This document shows, in pieces, positions 1 to 10,577 of a stretch of 64,000 nt of DNA (the stretch's first letter is position 1; each line of letters opens with the position of its first letter). The notes under the pieces are model-generated. The model saw only the letters and a list, made by a program, of their open reading frames with translations. It had not been told where the DNA came from and did no database searches. The stretch is from Candidatus Caldilinea saccharophila (GTDB lineage: Bacteria; Chloroflexota; Anaerolineae; Caldilineales; Caldilineaceae): positions 18,962 to 82,961 of the forward strand of contig JADJVW010000029.1 in assembly GCA_016710365.1 (NCBI GenBank). Direction: 5' to 3'. The position numbers were made by a program, and so were the translations under genes.

Positions 1-277
1 TCTTCAGGTCGTTGGTGCCCAGCATGATGATCACGAGGTCGAGCGGGCGGTGCGTCTCTAGACAGGGAATCAGATAATCCTTGCCGCATTTGTAGCCCTC
101 GATGGGATCATCCCAGACCGTTGTGCGCCCATTCAGCCCTTCCTCGATCACCTCATAGCCGACGCCGATCGTGTTGCGCAACACACCCGGCCAACGTACG
201 TCGCGGTCGAAACGATCCTGCGAAGCCGGGTCGTATCCCCATGTGTTTGAATCGCCAAAGCAAAGCACGCGTTTCAT
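1..277 (-). CDS. SGNH/GDSL hydrolase (arylesterase-like), 3' part outside window
   Basis: Manual translation MKRVLCFGDSNTWGYDP...EEGLNGRTT...IIMLGTNDLK gives GDS block I, GRT block II and GTND block III. Confidence 0.9.
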   Translation of the reverse strand, partial: MKRVLCFGDSNTWGYDPASQDRFDRDVRWPGVLRNTIGVGYEVIEEGLNGRTTVWDDPIEGYKCGKDYLIPCLETHRPLDLVIIMLGTNDLK

Positions 278-363
278 TTGATCTGCTCTCCTGTCTTGAT
301 GGCCGAAATGGTAGGACGAAATCATTACTCTATCAACACTCCAGCAGAGCGAAAAATTGGGGA

Positions 364-404
364 TTGACACAGATACTATAGTATGTTAATTTATCCTATA
401 GGAT
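364..404 (+). promoter_or_regulatory. sigma70-type promoter of gntR with two palindromic operator candidates
   Basis: TTGACA (364-369), 17 bp, TAATTT with TG extension; perfect palindromes ATACTATAGTAT (373-384) and ATCCTATAGGAT (393-404). Confidence 0.6.
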
Positions 405-443
405 TCTTCGCTGCCCACCAGACTCAAATTCAAACGGAACACA

Positions 444-1151
444 ATGACCGAGCCGAAAACGGTGCTTGCTGATGCAGTCTATGAGCGCCTCAAAGCGCGC
501 ATCATGGATCAAGGCTACCCCCGCGTGAGCGACTCAACATCGACGCCCTGGCGGTCGATCTGAGCGTCAGCCCGACCCCCATCCGGGAGGCGCTGGCGCG
601 GCTGTCGGCGGAGCGGCTGGTCACCTTTGCCGCGTTCAAAGGGTACCGCGTCAGCCCCCTGTTGACGACAGCGCAGGTTGAAGATCTGATGCATGTACGT
701 CGCCTGATCGAAGTGGACGCTGCGCGTCTTGCCGCGCGCAGAATTCTGATTCCCGACCTGATCACCGTGGAACGGTTGCTTCAACAGATTCTTGACGAGA
801 GCGCGGGCGTCGAAGTTGGCTCCTGGTCGCATGGCTATCGTCAATTCAACCAGTTGGACAGGCAATTTCATGAGATCATCGTGAGCGCGGCGGGCAACCA
901 GTTTTTGCTTGGCGCGTATCGTTCACTCAACGTTCACATCGAGCTTGGCCGCTTCTACAATGTCTTCCGCGAGATGGATCAGGCGGAGACCTGCGTCGAG
1001 CATGACGCCATTTTTCAGGCGTTGCGCGCCCGCCAACCGGACGCCGCCGCCGACGCTGTGGAGCGCCACCTACACGCCACGGAAGATCGCATCTTCCGCC
1101 TGATCGAAAAATATTCGCATCCGCAGGGAAGCCAACGGCGCCACGCCATAG
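444..1151 (+). CDS. GntR family (FCD) transcriptional regulator, frameshifted
   Basis: MTEPKTVLADAVYERLKARI..., then LNIDALAVDLSVSPTPIREALARL wHTH in another frame and FCD domain (LDRQFHEIIV..AGN..EHDAI..AL) in ORF 662-1252; true stop probably near 1149-1151. Confidence 0.85.
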
Positions 1152-1163
1152 GAGGTCACTGCC

Positions 1164-2313
1164 ATGACTGTTCGGGTTGCCCTGATCAGCGGCCCCATGT
1201 ACGACGCTCTCTACGCCCGCCTGAGCTATTTTTCCCAAGAGCGCGGCATTGAGGTGGAGATCGTTTTTACGGGCGATCATCCTGCGCTCAATACGTTCCT
1301 GGCAACGGACGCGGCTGCCGCTTGTCATCTGGTCTCCACGCACACCAAGTACGCGCCATCGCAGCAAGCGCTGCTGGCGCCGCTCGATGCGCTGCTGAAT
1401 CCGGCCGAACTCACCGACTTCACGCCGCAACTGCTCGCCCTGGCGCGCATCGACGGGCAACTTTACAGCGCGCCGCGCAACGTCGACGTCCGCCTGCTGC
1501 ACTATCGCACCGATCTGATCGATCACGCACCGGCTACGTGGGACGAACTGCTTGATCTGGCGCGCGCCGTCAATCGCCCGCCGGACTTGTACGGCTTTCT
1601 CTTTCCAGGCATGGAGTCGGGGCTGTTTGGCGCCTTATGAATTGGTGGAGATGGCCGGCGCCGAGCTTTTTCCGCCCGACCTGACGCCGCAGATCGAAAA
1701 TGAGGGTGGCCGCTGGGCGCTGCAATTTCTGCGCACCTGTTACGCCGAAGGGCTGACGCCGCCTGCGCTCACGGACTGGCATTACGACAAGGTGCACGAC
1801 TGCTTTCGAGACGGTCACGCCGCGATGGTGGGTGACTGGCCGGGCTACTACGCCGACTACTGCAGCGCATCGTCGTCGGTGCGCGACCGCTTCGCCCTGG
1901 CGCTCTACCCGGCCGGGCCAGCCGGAAAATCGCTCGTCTACGGCGGCAGCCACACCTTTGCTCTCACGCCGCGCGGCGCCGACAGCGACGACGCCCAGGC
2001 GTTGCTGCGCTTCTTGATCGCGCCCGAACAGCAGCTTCTGGAGGCGCAACAAGGCTCCGTGCCGGTGCGTCGATCGGTGATGGAAACAGTGCAGCAAAGC
2101 GCCTCGCCCGTCGAAAAGCAGCGATGGGAAATGCTGGCCGCCGCCATCCAGCATGTGGTGATCCCGCCCAAGTTTGCCCGCTATCCGCTGGTGGAAGAGA
2201 TATTGTGGCGAACGGTGCAGGCCGCGATGACAGGCAAGCTCACGATCGACGAAGCGTTGCACGTCATGACTATGCAGATTTCTGAAATCGTTGCGGGTGA
2301 ACATGGACGGTGA
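1164..2313 (+). CDS. Sugar ABC transporter substrate-binding protein (family 1 type), frameshift near 1635
   Basis: ORFs 1164-1640 and 1552-2313; DGQLYSAPRNVDVRLLHYRTDL, PATWDEL, FRDGHAAM, GGSHTFAL motifs; no obvious signal peptide. Confidence 0.8.
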
Positions 2314-3083
2314 ACTTTCGGGCAAAGTCATCTTCCTGACCGGCGGCGCGCAGGGGATTGGCCGTGAGTGTGCGCTCTCCTATGTGCGCGCCGGCGCGAC
2401 GGTGGTGATTGCCGACCTCAATCTCGATGCCGCCCAGGCCACGGTCGCCGACGATCTACGCGACGCCGGCCTCGCCCTGCAATGCGACGTGGCTGACTCT
2501 GCATCGGTGCGCGGCGATCTCGCAGACATTGGCGCGCTACGGGCGACTTGATGCCATCCACAACAACGCGGCGATCAGCGGGCCGTCGAAGCCGCTGCAC
2601 GAGACGACGGGCGAGCAATGGGATCAGTTGTTCGCCATCAACCTCAAAAGCATCTATCACACGACGCTGCATGGCGTCGATGCGCTGAAGGCCAGCCGCG
2701 GCTGCATCCTGAGCACGGCCAGCATGGTCGGCGTGTTGGGGCAGGAGAATCATGCCGCCTACGTGGCGACCAAAGGCGCCTTGATTGCGCTGACCAAGGC
2801 GATGGCGCTCGACTACGCGCCCTTCGGGATTCGCGTCAATGCACTCAGCCCCGCGGCGGTGTGGACGCCGCTGTTGCGCCAGTGGGTGCAGGATCAGCCG
2901 AATCCGGTTGCCACCGAGGATTTTCTGAACCACATCCACGCGCTCGGCTTCTGTCCGGAAGGCGATGTGGTGGCGGATGTAGCCGTCTTTCTGCTCTCGG
3001 CGCGTGCGCGCTTCATCACGGGCGTCACGCTGCCGGTCAGCGGCGGCGCCGAGCTGGGATATCGGCGATTAGGAACGAGCTAA
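2303..3083 (+). CDS. SDR family oxidoreductase (L-fucose dehydrogenase-like), frameshift near 2510
   Basis: TGGAQGIG, NNAA, YVATK catalytic motif, GIRVNALSP. Confidence 0.88.
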
Positions 3084-3165
3084 AACGATAACTTCCTGGC
3101 TCTGCCTCAGCTTGAGAGCTTGGAGAGTAGAGACTGGAGATTGGCATATTTGCCCGGGGGATCGC

Positions 3166-4401
3166 TTGAAATCAGTTGTCATTACCGCAGTCAGCACACA
3201 AGATGCTCGCTTCCAACTTAAACCGGGCGAAGGCGTGGATGCGATCCACACTAACCCGCAGTACGCCTACGCGGTTACGCTGCTGCACACGGATGCTTCT
3301 TTGTCTGGCGTGGGGCTGGCGCTGACGCTGGGCGCGGGGACGGAGATGGTGTGTGACGCCATCGAAGTGCTTGCCATGCCACTGGTCGGCCGCGAAATCG
3401 AAGAGTTGATGGCCTCCTTTGGTCAGGTCTTTCGCCAGATCGCTGACCATCCACAACTGCGCTGGCTTGGCCCACACAAGGGCGTCGTCCATCTGGCGCT
3501 GGCTTCGCTGACCAACGCCTGCTTTGATTTGTTAGTGCAAGGCGCGGCGTCCCGCTCTGGAAACTGCTCGTTGATCTGACGCCGGCCGCGATCGTGGCGC
3601 TGCTTGACCTGAGCTACCTGGAGGATGTGCTGCGCCCCGAAGATGTGCTGCGCCTGCTCGAGCAGGAAGCTGTCCACCGGCATGAGCGCGAGCCGATCCT
3701 GACGCAGGGCTATCCGGGCTACGACACGTCGGTGGGCTGGTTTCACTACAGCGACGACCAGGTGCGCGACAATGCGCGCCGCGCCGTGGACGCCGGCTTT
3801 CTGGCGATGAAGCTCAAGGTCGGCTCGCCCGACCCGGCGCGCGACATCCGCCGCGCCCTGCTAGTGCGCGACGTGGCAGGGCCGGACGTGCAGATCATGC
3901 TCGACGCCAACCAGCAATGGACGCTGCCGATCGCGCTGCGCACCTGTCTGGAGTTGGCGGCGATGCACCCCTACTGGATCGAGGAGCCGACCCATCCAGA
4001 CGATGTGTTGGCGCACCAGACGCTGGCGCGCGCCATTGCCCCGGTGCGCGTGGCGGCGGGCGAGCACATCCCGCATCGCGTGCTCTTCAAGAACTACATG
4101 CAGGCCGGCGCCGCCCATTTTATCCAGGTGGATTGCACGCGCGTCGGCGGCATCAGCGAGTTCATCACGGTCAGCCTGCTGGCCGCGCACGTTCCATCTG
4201 CCGGTCGTGCCGCATGTGGGCGACATGGGGCAGATCCATCAGCATCTGGTCGTGTTCAACCGGCTGGCGTTGGGCCACGAGAAGATCTTCCTGGAGTACA
4301 TCCCGCATCTGCGTGATTACTTCCGTTTTCCGGCGCTCGTGCAAGGAGGCGTCTACCGCCCGCCGCAGGAGCCGGGAAGCAGTTCCGACCTGCTAGGCTG
4401 A
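3166..4401 (+). CDS. L-fuconate dehydratase-like enolase superfamily protein, frameshifts near 3540 and 4185
   Basis: DAIHTNPQYAYA, QLRWLGPHKGVVHLA, KLKVG, MLDANQQW, WIEEPTHPDD, AAGEH, VVPHVGD motifs typical of FucD/ENOSF1. Confidence 0.85.
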
Positions 4402-4443
4402 CAATGTCCGTCCCTGTTTCAAACGCAAATGGGAGTGCGCATC

Positions 4444-5478
4444 ATGGTTCAAAGTAAGGTGGATGAAAATGTGCGGCAGCGCGAGCACACCGATAGCGTG
4501 GGCAACGCGTTGTGGAGCGTCTTTCGGCGCAGCGACACCAGCGTCGTGCTCGCCACGCTGATTCTGTTTGTCCTGTTTTCTTTCAGCAACTCCAGTTTTC
4601 TGACGCCATTCAACCTCTTCAATGTCTCGCGCACCGCGGCGCTCTATGTTTTTGTCGCGCTCGGCCAGGCCATGGTGATCGTGATCGGCGGGATGAACCT
4701 CTCGCTCGGCGCCATCGGCGGGTTGACCGTGGTCGTCGCCGGCTGGTGCATGGACACGATGGGATGGTCGCCGTGGATCGGGGTGCCGGTGGCAATGCTG
4801 GCCGGCACACTCTGCGGCATGTTCAACGGGTTCATCATCATCAAGTCGCGGCTCAATTCGTTCATTGTGACCCTGGCCAGCCTCTTTATCTTTACCGGTC
4901 TGGTACAGGGTATTTCGCAGGGCTTTCCCTACTCCAACATCCCCAAAGAGTTCACCATGCTGGGGCGCGACGATCTCTTTGGCGTTCCCTACCTGTTCTT
5001 CTTCGCCGTGATCGTGCTCATCGTGCTCGGTTACGTGTTCAAGTTTCGCGTCGTCGGCCGGCGCATTCTTGCCACGGGCGGTAATCTGGAGGCGGCGCGG
5101 CTGTCGGGCATCCGCACCGACAACATCGTCTTTCTGAGCCACACCTTGTCGGGCGTTTTTGCGGCGACGGCCGGCCTTTTGTGGGTCTCGCGCATGGGAT
5201 CGGCGCAGCCATCGACGGGGACCGACTGGCTGATCATCTCCTTTGCCGTGGCGATCATCGGGGGTACGGCGCTCAACGGCGGCGAGTTCTCCGCGCTGGG
5301 CATCCTGGCCAGCGCCATCATGCTCACGCTGATCAAGAACGGCCTCATTATGCTCAATGTCAATGTCTATTTTGAGCAGACGTTTCTGGGCGTCATCGTG
5401 CTGCTGGCCGTCTCCGTGGAGAGCATCCGGATGTCGCTAGACAGCCGCACCAGACGCACGCAGACAGATACACCGTAG
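4444..5478 (+). CDS. Monosaccharide ABC transporter permease (RbsC-like)
   Basis: GGMNLSLGA, SFIVTLA, ATGGNLEAARLSGI, AVAIIGGTALNGG; hydrophobic. Confidence 0.92.
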   Translation: MVQSKVDENVRQREHTDSVGNALWSVFRRSDTSVVLATLILFVLFSFSNSSFLTPFNLFNVSRTAALYVFVALGQAMVIVIGGMNLSLGAIGGLTVVVAGWCMDTMGWSPWIGVPVAMLAGTLCGMFNGFIIIKSRLNSFIVTLASLFIFTGLVQGISQGFPYSNIPKEFTMLGRDDLFGVPYLFFFAVIVLIVLGYVFKFRVVGRRILATGGNLEAARLSGIRTDNIVFLSHTLSGVFAATAGLLWVSRMGSAQPSTGTDWLIISFAVAIIGGTALNGGEFSALGILASAIMLTLIKNGLIMLNVNVYFEQTFLGVIVLLAVSVESIRMSLDSRTRRTQTDTP

Positions 5479-5563
5479 AGGGTGGGACCGTTTGAATCTC
5501 ACACGTTTCCACCCTCTACCGTTTCAACTTTTCACCCTTCTATCGTTCTACAGGAGATGTAAG

Positions 5564-6661
5564 ATGAAGAAACAACAGGTCAAGTTATTTTCGATGGTCA
5601 TGGTGGTGACGCTGGCGCTGACCTTGGTGCTGGCTGCGTGCGCAGCGCCGGTCGCGGCGCCCGCCGCAGAAGAGGCCGCGGCAACCGAGGCGGCGCCCGC
5701 TGAAGCCGCCGCCGAACAACCGGCCGCCGCGGGCGATTTCAAACCGGTCTGGTACGCGCCGGCGCCGCACCCCTACTTTGAGGATGTGCGTAAAGGCGTC
5801 GAAGCCTACGTCGCCGAAACCGGCATCGCGGTCGAGATGCAGATCGGCCCCGACTGGACGCAGGACAGCCAGAATCAGCGCATGGAAGCCCTTACCGCCA
5901 ATGGGTTCAACGCCTTTTCGGTCTACCCAGCCGATGCCAGCGGCGCCAATGGCCTCTATGAAGAGTTGACGGCCGCGGGTTCCCACATCATCAACTTTGG
6001 CACTTCCACCGCACAGCCGACCACCGCCTCCTTTGCCGTCGCCACCGATGTCAAAGTGGCGGCCATGCGCGCCACCGAAGAGTTGATCAAGGCGATGGGC
6101 GAGAAGGGCAACATCATCAACGTGCTCGAAGTGCTTGAAGACCCCAACACCGCGCTGCGCAAGCAAGGCATCGAGGAAGTCGTCGCCCAGTATCCCGACG
6201 TGACGATCATCCAGGAAGTTGCCGGGATGACCAGCGTCGAGACCGCCGTGCAGAAGGTCGGCGATGCGCTTTCCGCCAACATCGACAAGGTGGATGGCAT
6301 CATCGCCACTGGGTATACGCCCAGCGTCGCCATCGCCCAGGTGCTCGGCGAATACAAATCCAAGGACGGCGCACGCACGATCCATGCCGTCGGCATCGAC
6401 ACCGATGAAATTGTGATGCAGGCGATCAAAGACGGCGTCATGGACGGCACGATCGTCCAGAACCCCTACGGCCACGGCTACCTGAGCCTGCTGCTGCTCC
6501 AGTACCTATCTGAGGGATACATGCCCAAGGCCGACGTCTACTTCGTCGACGCTGGCTTTGCTTACGTCAACCAGGACAACCTGGAGAGCTATTCAGAGGA
6601 CATCCTGGCCGTAACCGAACAGATCAAATCGGAACTGCTCGACAAGTATCTTGAGAAGTAG
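5564..6661 (+). CDS. Monosaccharide ABC transporter substrate-binding lipoprotein (RbsB-like)
   Basis: SD AGGAGA, lipobox LAAC, Ala/Pro/Glu linker, HPYFEDVRKG, VGIDTD, IVQNPYGHGY. Confidence 0.9.
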   Translation: MKKQQVKLFSMVMVVTLALTLVLAACAAPVAAPAAEEAAATEAAPAEAAAEQPAAAGDFKPVWYAPAPHPYFEDVRKGVEAYVAETGIAVEMQIGPDWTQDSQNQRMEALTANGFNAFSVYPADASGANGLYEELTAAGSHIINFGTSTAQPTTASFAVATDVKVAAMRATEELIKAMGEKGNIINVLEVLEDPNTALRKQGIEEVVAQYPDVTIIQEVAGMTSVETAVQKVGDALSANIDKVDGIIATGYTPSVAIAQVLGEYKSKDGARTIHAVGIDTDEIVMQAIKDGVMDGTIVQNPYGHGYLSLLLLQYLSEGYMPKADVYFVDAGFAYVNQDNLESYSEDILAVTEQIKSELLDKYLEK

Positions 6662-6686
6662 CATTGGATCATTAGGAACAGCCAAC

Positions 6687-7040
6687 CTCACACGGAGACA
6701 CGGAGAACACAAAGAAAAGCGAAGTAGGGGAATCTCTTTGTGCGCTTGGCGTCTTCGTGTGAGAAACCAAAGCTGGCCTCACACGGAGACACGGAGAACA
6801 CAAAGAAAAGCGAAGTAGGGGAATCTCTTTGTGCGCTTGGCGTCTTCGTGTGAGAAAACCAAAGCTGGCCTCACACGGAGACACGGAGAACACAAAGAAA
6901 GGCCAACAAAGGGAATTCCCTTTGTGCGCTTGGCGTCTTCGTGTGAGAAAACCAAAGCTGGCCTCACACGGAGACACGGAGAACACAAAGAAAGGCCAAG
7001 AAAGGGAATTCCCTTTGTGATCTTGGCGTCTTCGTGTGAG
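6687..7040. repeat. Four tandem 91-93 bp palindromic units
   Basis: Units start 6687, 6778, 6870, 6963: CTCACACGGAGACACGGAGAACACAAAG...CTTTGTGCGCTTGGCGTCTTCGTGTGAG plus linker AAACCAAAGCTGGC; two loop variants (AABB). Confidence 0.95.
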
Positions 7041-7081
7041 ACAAGCTCTTTGCGTGAAACGCGACTCCGTATGAAACAAAG

Positions 7082-8605
7082 GTGCGTACGATGCTGCATA
7101 TCCGCCACATAACCAAATCGTTTCCGGGCGTGCGCGCGCTCAGCGATGTCTCCGTCGACTTTGCGCCGGGCGAAGTCCATGCCATCGTCGGCGAAAACGG
7201 CGCGGGCAAGAGCACGCTGATCAAGATCATGTGCGGCATCTACGCGCCAGACGCCGGCGAGGTCGTGTTGGACGGTGAGCCGGTCACGCTTCATGCCTAC
7301 AAGGACGCGCTCGACCGCAAGATCAACCTGGTCAGCCAGGAGATCCAGGTGATCCCCAAGAGCACAGTGGCCGAAAATATCATGCTTGACAAGCTGGATC
7401 GCTACTTGTCGCGTGGGCGCATCGACTGGCGGCGCATCAACCAGGACGCGGCGCGCTATGCGGAGCTGGTGGATCTCACCGTCCCGGTTAAGGGGCTGGT
7501 CGCCGGCCTGAGCACAGCGCAGAAGCAGTTGATCATGATCGCGCGGGCGCTCTCCTCCGATGCGCGCATCTTGATTATGGATGAGCCGACCTCAGCGCTG
7601 ACCCGCCACGAAACGGACAATCTGCTTCAATTGCTGCGCCGCATTAAAAGCGAAGGCGTCACCGTGCTCTTTGTCTCGCACAAACTGGAAGAAGTGCTGG
7701 CGGTGGCCGATCAGGTTTCCGTACTGCGCGACGGCAGCCTGATCGGGACGCGGCCAATTGCCGGACTGACCAAAGAGCAGATTGTGCAGATGATGATCGG
7801 CCGCGACGCGCGCACCCTCGACCTCGGCAAACTGGACGTGAGCGCGGGCCGCGCCGCGCTCGAAGCGCGCGGCGTCAGCCAGGCTGGGCGCTTCCACGAT
7901 GTCGGCTTTGCGCTGCACCGCGGCGAGATCCTTGGCTTCTACGGGCTGGTTGGCTCCGGCCGCACGGAACTCGCCGAGATTCTCATCGGCGAGGCGCGCA
8001 AAGACGGCGGCGACGTGTTCATCGACGGCAAGCTCGCGCGCATCCACAGCATGGCCGACAGTCTGTTCAAGTATCGCATGGGCTATGTCTCTGAGAATCG
8101 CAAGGAAAAAGGCTTGATCCTCAGCGCGCCGATCAGAACCAACATCGCCATCACGGTGTGGAATCGCCTGTGCGACCGCTTTGGTTCGATCCAACTGGCC
8201 GCCGAAACCGCCACCGCGCGCCAATTTATGCAGGCGCTCGAAATCCGCGCCACCGGCCCCCACCAGATGGTCAGCAGCCTCAGCGGCGGCAACCAGCAAA
8301 AGGTGAGCATCGCCAAGTGGCTGGCCGCGCAGTGTGATATTCTGATCATCGACGAACCGACCATCGGCGTCGATATCGGCGCTAAGGAATACATTCATCA
8401 GTTGATCTGGGATCTTGCCAAACGGGAAGGCAAATCGATCATCCTGATCTCATCCGATATGCCGGAGATCATCAACGTAGCGCGGCGTATTCTCGTCTTC
8501 AAGGACTTCAAAATTGTGGGCGAGGTGCGCAACAATGGTGAAGATGGCGCACGCGTGCGCGGCTATGAGGAGATCAGCCAGGAGATCGGCCAATTTCTCG
8601 CCTGA
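7082..8605 (+). CDS. Sugar ABC transporter ATP-binding protein (RbsA-like)
   Basis: GENGAGKST, MDEPT, SHKLEE, LSGGNQQK, IDEPTIGVDIGAK. Confidence 0.95.
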   Translation: MRTMLHIRHITKSFPGVRALSDVSVDFAPGEVHAIVGENGAGKSTLIKIMCGIYAPDAGEVVLDGEPVTLHAYKDALDRKINLVSQEIQVIPKSTVAENIMLDKLDRYLSRGRIDWRRINQDAARYAELVDLTVPVKGLVAGLSTAQKQLIMIARALSSDARILIMDEPTSALTRHETDNLLQLLRRIKSEGVTVLFVSHKLEEVLAVADQVSVLRDGSLIGTRPIAGLTKEQIVQMMIGRDARTLDLGKLDVSAGRAALEARGVSQAGRFHDVGFALHRGEILGFYGLVGSGRTELAEILIGEARKDGGDVFIDGKLARIHSMADSLFKYRMGYVSENRKEKGLILSAPIRTNIAITVWNRLCDRFGSIQLAAETATARQFMQALEIRATGPHQMVSSLSGGNQQKVSIAKWLAAQCDILIIDEPTIGVDIGAKEYIHQLIWDLAKREGKSIILISSDMPEIINVARRILVFKDFKIVGEVRNNGEDGARVRGYEEISQEIGQFLA

Positions 8606-8636
8606 ACAAGCTTTGATTTTTCGGAAAGGAGTTGCT

Positions 8637-9875
8637 ATGAACGCACGTGAACGCGTGCTGGCGGCCATCAATCACCAGGAGCCGGACGGCGTGCCGGTCG
8701 ACTTGGGATCGACGCCCAGCTCGGGGATTTCGGCCATCGCGCACTACAACCTGAAACACGCGCTGGGCAAGGCGCACTGGCCGACGCAGGTCTACGACGT
8801 CGTCCAGCAGATTGCGCAGCCGGGCGAGGAGATGCTCGACCACTTCCGCATCGATGTCGTCGACATCGGCCGCGCCTTCGACGACCGCCCCGAGGATTGG
8901 TACGACATCACCCTGCCCGACGGCACGCCCGTACAGTTTCCCACCTGGTTCAAGGCCAGCCCGCAGCCGGACGGCGACTGGGAAGTCTTCAACCAAAACG
9001 GCGTGCGCGTTGCCACGATGCCGCTGGGCGCCAATTTTTTCGACCAGACCTGTTTTCCCTACGTAGACGGTTATCCGGCGAGCTTTGACGACCTCCCCAA
9101 CGTGATGCCGCTGGTGCACTGGGCCGGGCTGGCGCACAGCCCGTGGGATCACGCCGGCGAAGCGGATTTCTGGCAGCAACTGCGGGCGCGGACGTTGGCC
9201 TTGCGCGCCAGCACCGACCGCGCGCTGATGGTGGTCATCGGTTGCAACCTCTTCGAGTGGGGGACCTTTCTGCGTCGGCTGGACAATTTCCTGGTCGATC
9301 TTGTCACGGATCAGGCGAATGTCGAGCGTCTGCTCGATGCGCTGATGGAACAGCATCTCCAGACGCTGGCGAACGTGTGCGCGGCGGTCGGCGACATCGC
9401 CGATGTGGCCCGCTTTGGCGACGACCTGGGCACGGATCAGGGGCCATTCATGTCGCCCAAGACCTATCGCCGGCTGTTCAAGCCGCGCCACAAGCTGCTG
9501 ACCGACTACGTCAAGCAGCACAGCTCGATGCACACCTTCCTGCATTCGTGCGGCTCGATCTACAAGCTGCTGCCCGATTTGATCGAAGCGGGCTTCGAAA
9601 TCATCAACCCGGTGCAGACCATCGCCCGCGACATGGAGCCGGTGCGCCTCAAGCAGGAGTTTGGCAAGGACCTCACCTTCTGGGGGGGCGGGGCCGATAC
9701 GCGGTTTACGCTCAACCGCGGCACGCCGGAGCAAGTCAAGGCCGATGTGCGCAGCAACATCGAGGCGTTGGCGCCGGGCGGCGGCTTTGTCTTCAATACG
9801 GTGCACAACATTCTGCCCGACGTGCCGCCGGCCAATATCGTGGCGATGTTTGAAGCGATCGACGAGTACAGATAA
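8637..9875 (+). CDS. Uroporphyrinogen decarboxylase / MtaA-CmuA family methyltransferase
   Basis: MNARERVLAAINHQEPDGVPVDLG, FGDDLG, FLHSCG (HxC Zn motif), TFWGG, PGGGFVFNTVHNI. Confidence 0.9.
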   Translation: MNARERVLAAINHQEPDGVPVDLGSTPSSGISAIAHYNLKHALGKAHWPTQVYDVVQQIAQPGEEMLDHFRIDVVDIGRAFDDRPEDWYDITLPDGTPVQFPTWFKASPQPDGDWEVFNQNGVRVATMPLGANFFDQTCFPYVDGYPASFDDLPNVMPLVHWAGLAHSPWDHAGEADFWQQLRARTLALRASTDRALMVVIGCNLFEWGTFLRRLDNFLVDLVTDQANVERLLDALMEQHLQTLANVCAAVGDIADVARFGDDLGTDQGPFMSPKTYRRLFKPRHKLLTDYVKQHSSMHTFLHSCGSIYKLLPDLIEAGFEIINPVQTIARDMEPVRLKQEFGKDLTFWGGGADTRFTLNRGTPEQVKADVRSNIEALAPGGGFVFNTVHNILPDVPPANIVAMFEAIDEYR

Positions 9876-9904
9876 CAACAAGTACGGTTTCAATCTGTGA
9901 GGGA

Positions 9905-10549
9905 ATGATGGAAGAAGAACTGCTTGACGCCATTTTCGCTGCGATTCTGGATGGCGACATTCCAGGCGCGCCGGGCGCGGTGCAGGCGGCGTTGGACGCC
10001 GGGCTATCTGCAGAGAAAGTTTTGAACGAAGGCATGATCGCCGCCATGAACCGTGTGGGCGAATTGTACGAATGTGGCGATTACTACGTAGCGGAGATGT
10101 TTACGTCGGCCAAGACGCTGCAAGCTGCGCTGGGCGTACTGCGTCCGCACCTGCAACAATCGCAAGTACAGTCGGCGGGCACGGTGGTGATCGGCACGGT
10201 CAAGGGCGACATGCACGACATCGGCAAGAACCTGGTCACGATGATGCTCGAAGGCGCCGGGTTTACGGTGCACGACCTGGGGCCGGACGTGCATCCGTCG
10301 CGCTTTGTCAGTGCGGTGCTGGAGCATCAGCCAGAGATCGTGGCGCTTTCCGCGCTGCTGACGACGACGATGCCTGCCATGAAAACGACGATCGACGCCC
10401 TCGTTGCGGCTGGCGTGCGCGCGCAGGTGAAGATCATCGTGGGCGGTGCGCCCGTCAACGATGAGTATGCCCGCCACATCAGCGCCGACGGCTATGCACC
10501 CGACGCCAGCCAGGCGGTTTCGCTCGCCAGGGCGCTGATGGTGAACTGA
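9905..10549 (+). CDS. Corrinoid (cobalamin-binding) protein, MtaC/MtbC-like
   Basis: Cap domain plus GTVKGDMHDIGKNLV (DxHxxG), SALLTTT, VGGAP. Confidence 0.95.
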   Translation: MMEEELLDAIFAAILDGDIPGAPGAVQAALDAGLSAEKVLNEGMIAAMNRVGELYECGDYYVAEMFTSAKTLQAALGVLRPHLQQSQVQSAGTVVIGTVKGDMHDIGKNLVTMMLEGAGFTVHDLGPDVHPSRFVSAVLEHQPEIVALSALLTTTMPAMKTTIDALVAAGVRAQVKIIVGGAPVNDEYARHISADGYAPDASQAVSLARALMVN

Positions 10550-10577
10550 TTTCGCCCACGCACTCAGGCCGCGTGCG

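Noticed and set aside
6687-7040. CRISPR array or coding ORFs in the 91-93 bp repeats
   Set aside because: Whole units are duplicated with no unique spacers; the ORFs are by-products of the repeat
8600-10570. Cobalamin riboswitch near the corrinoid genes
   Set aside because: Intergenic gaps are only ~30 bp and no B12-box was seen
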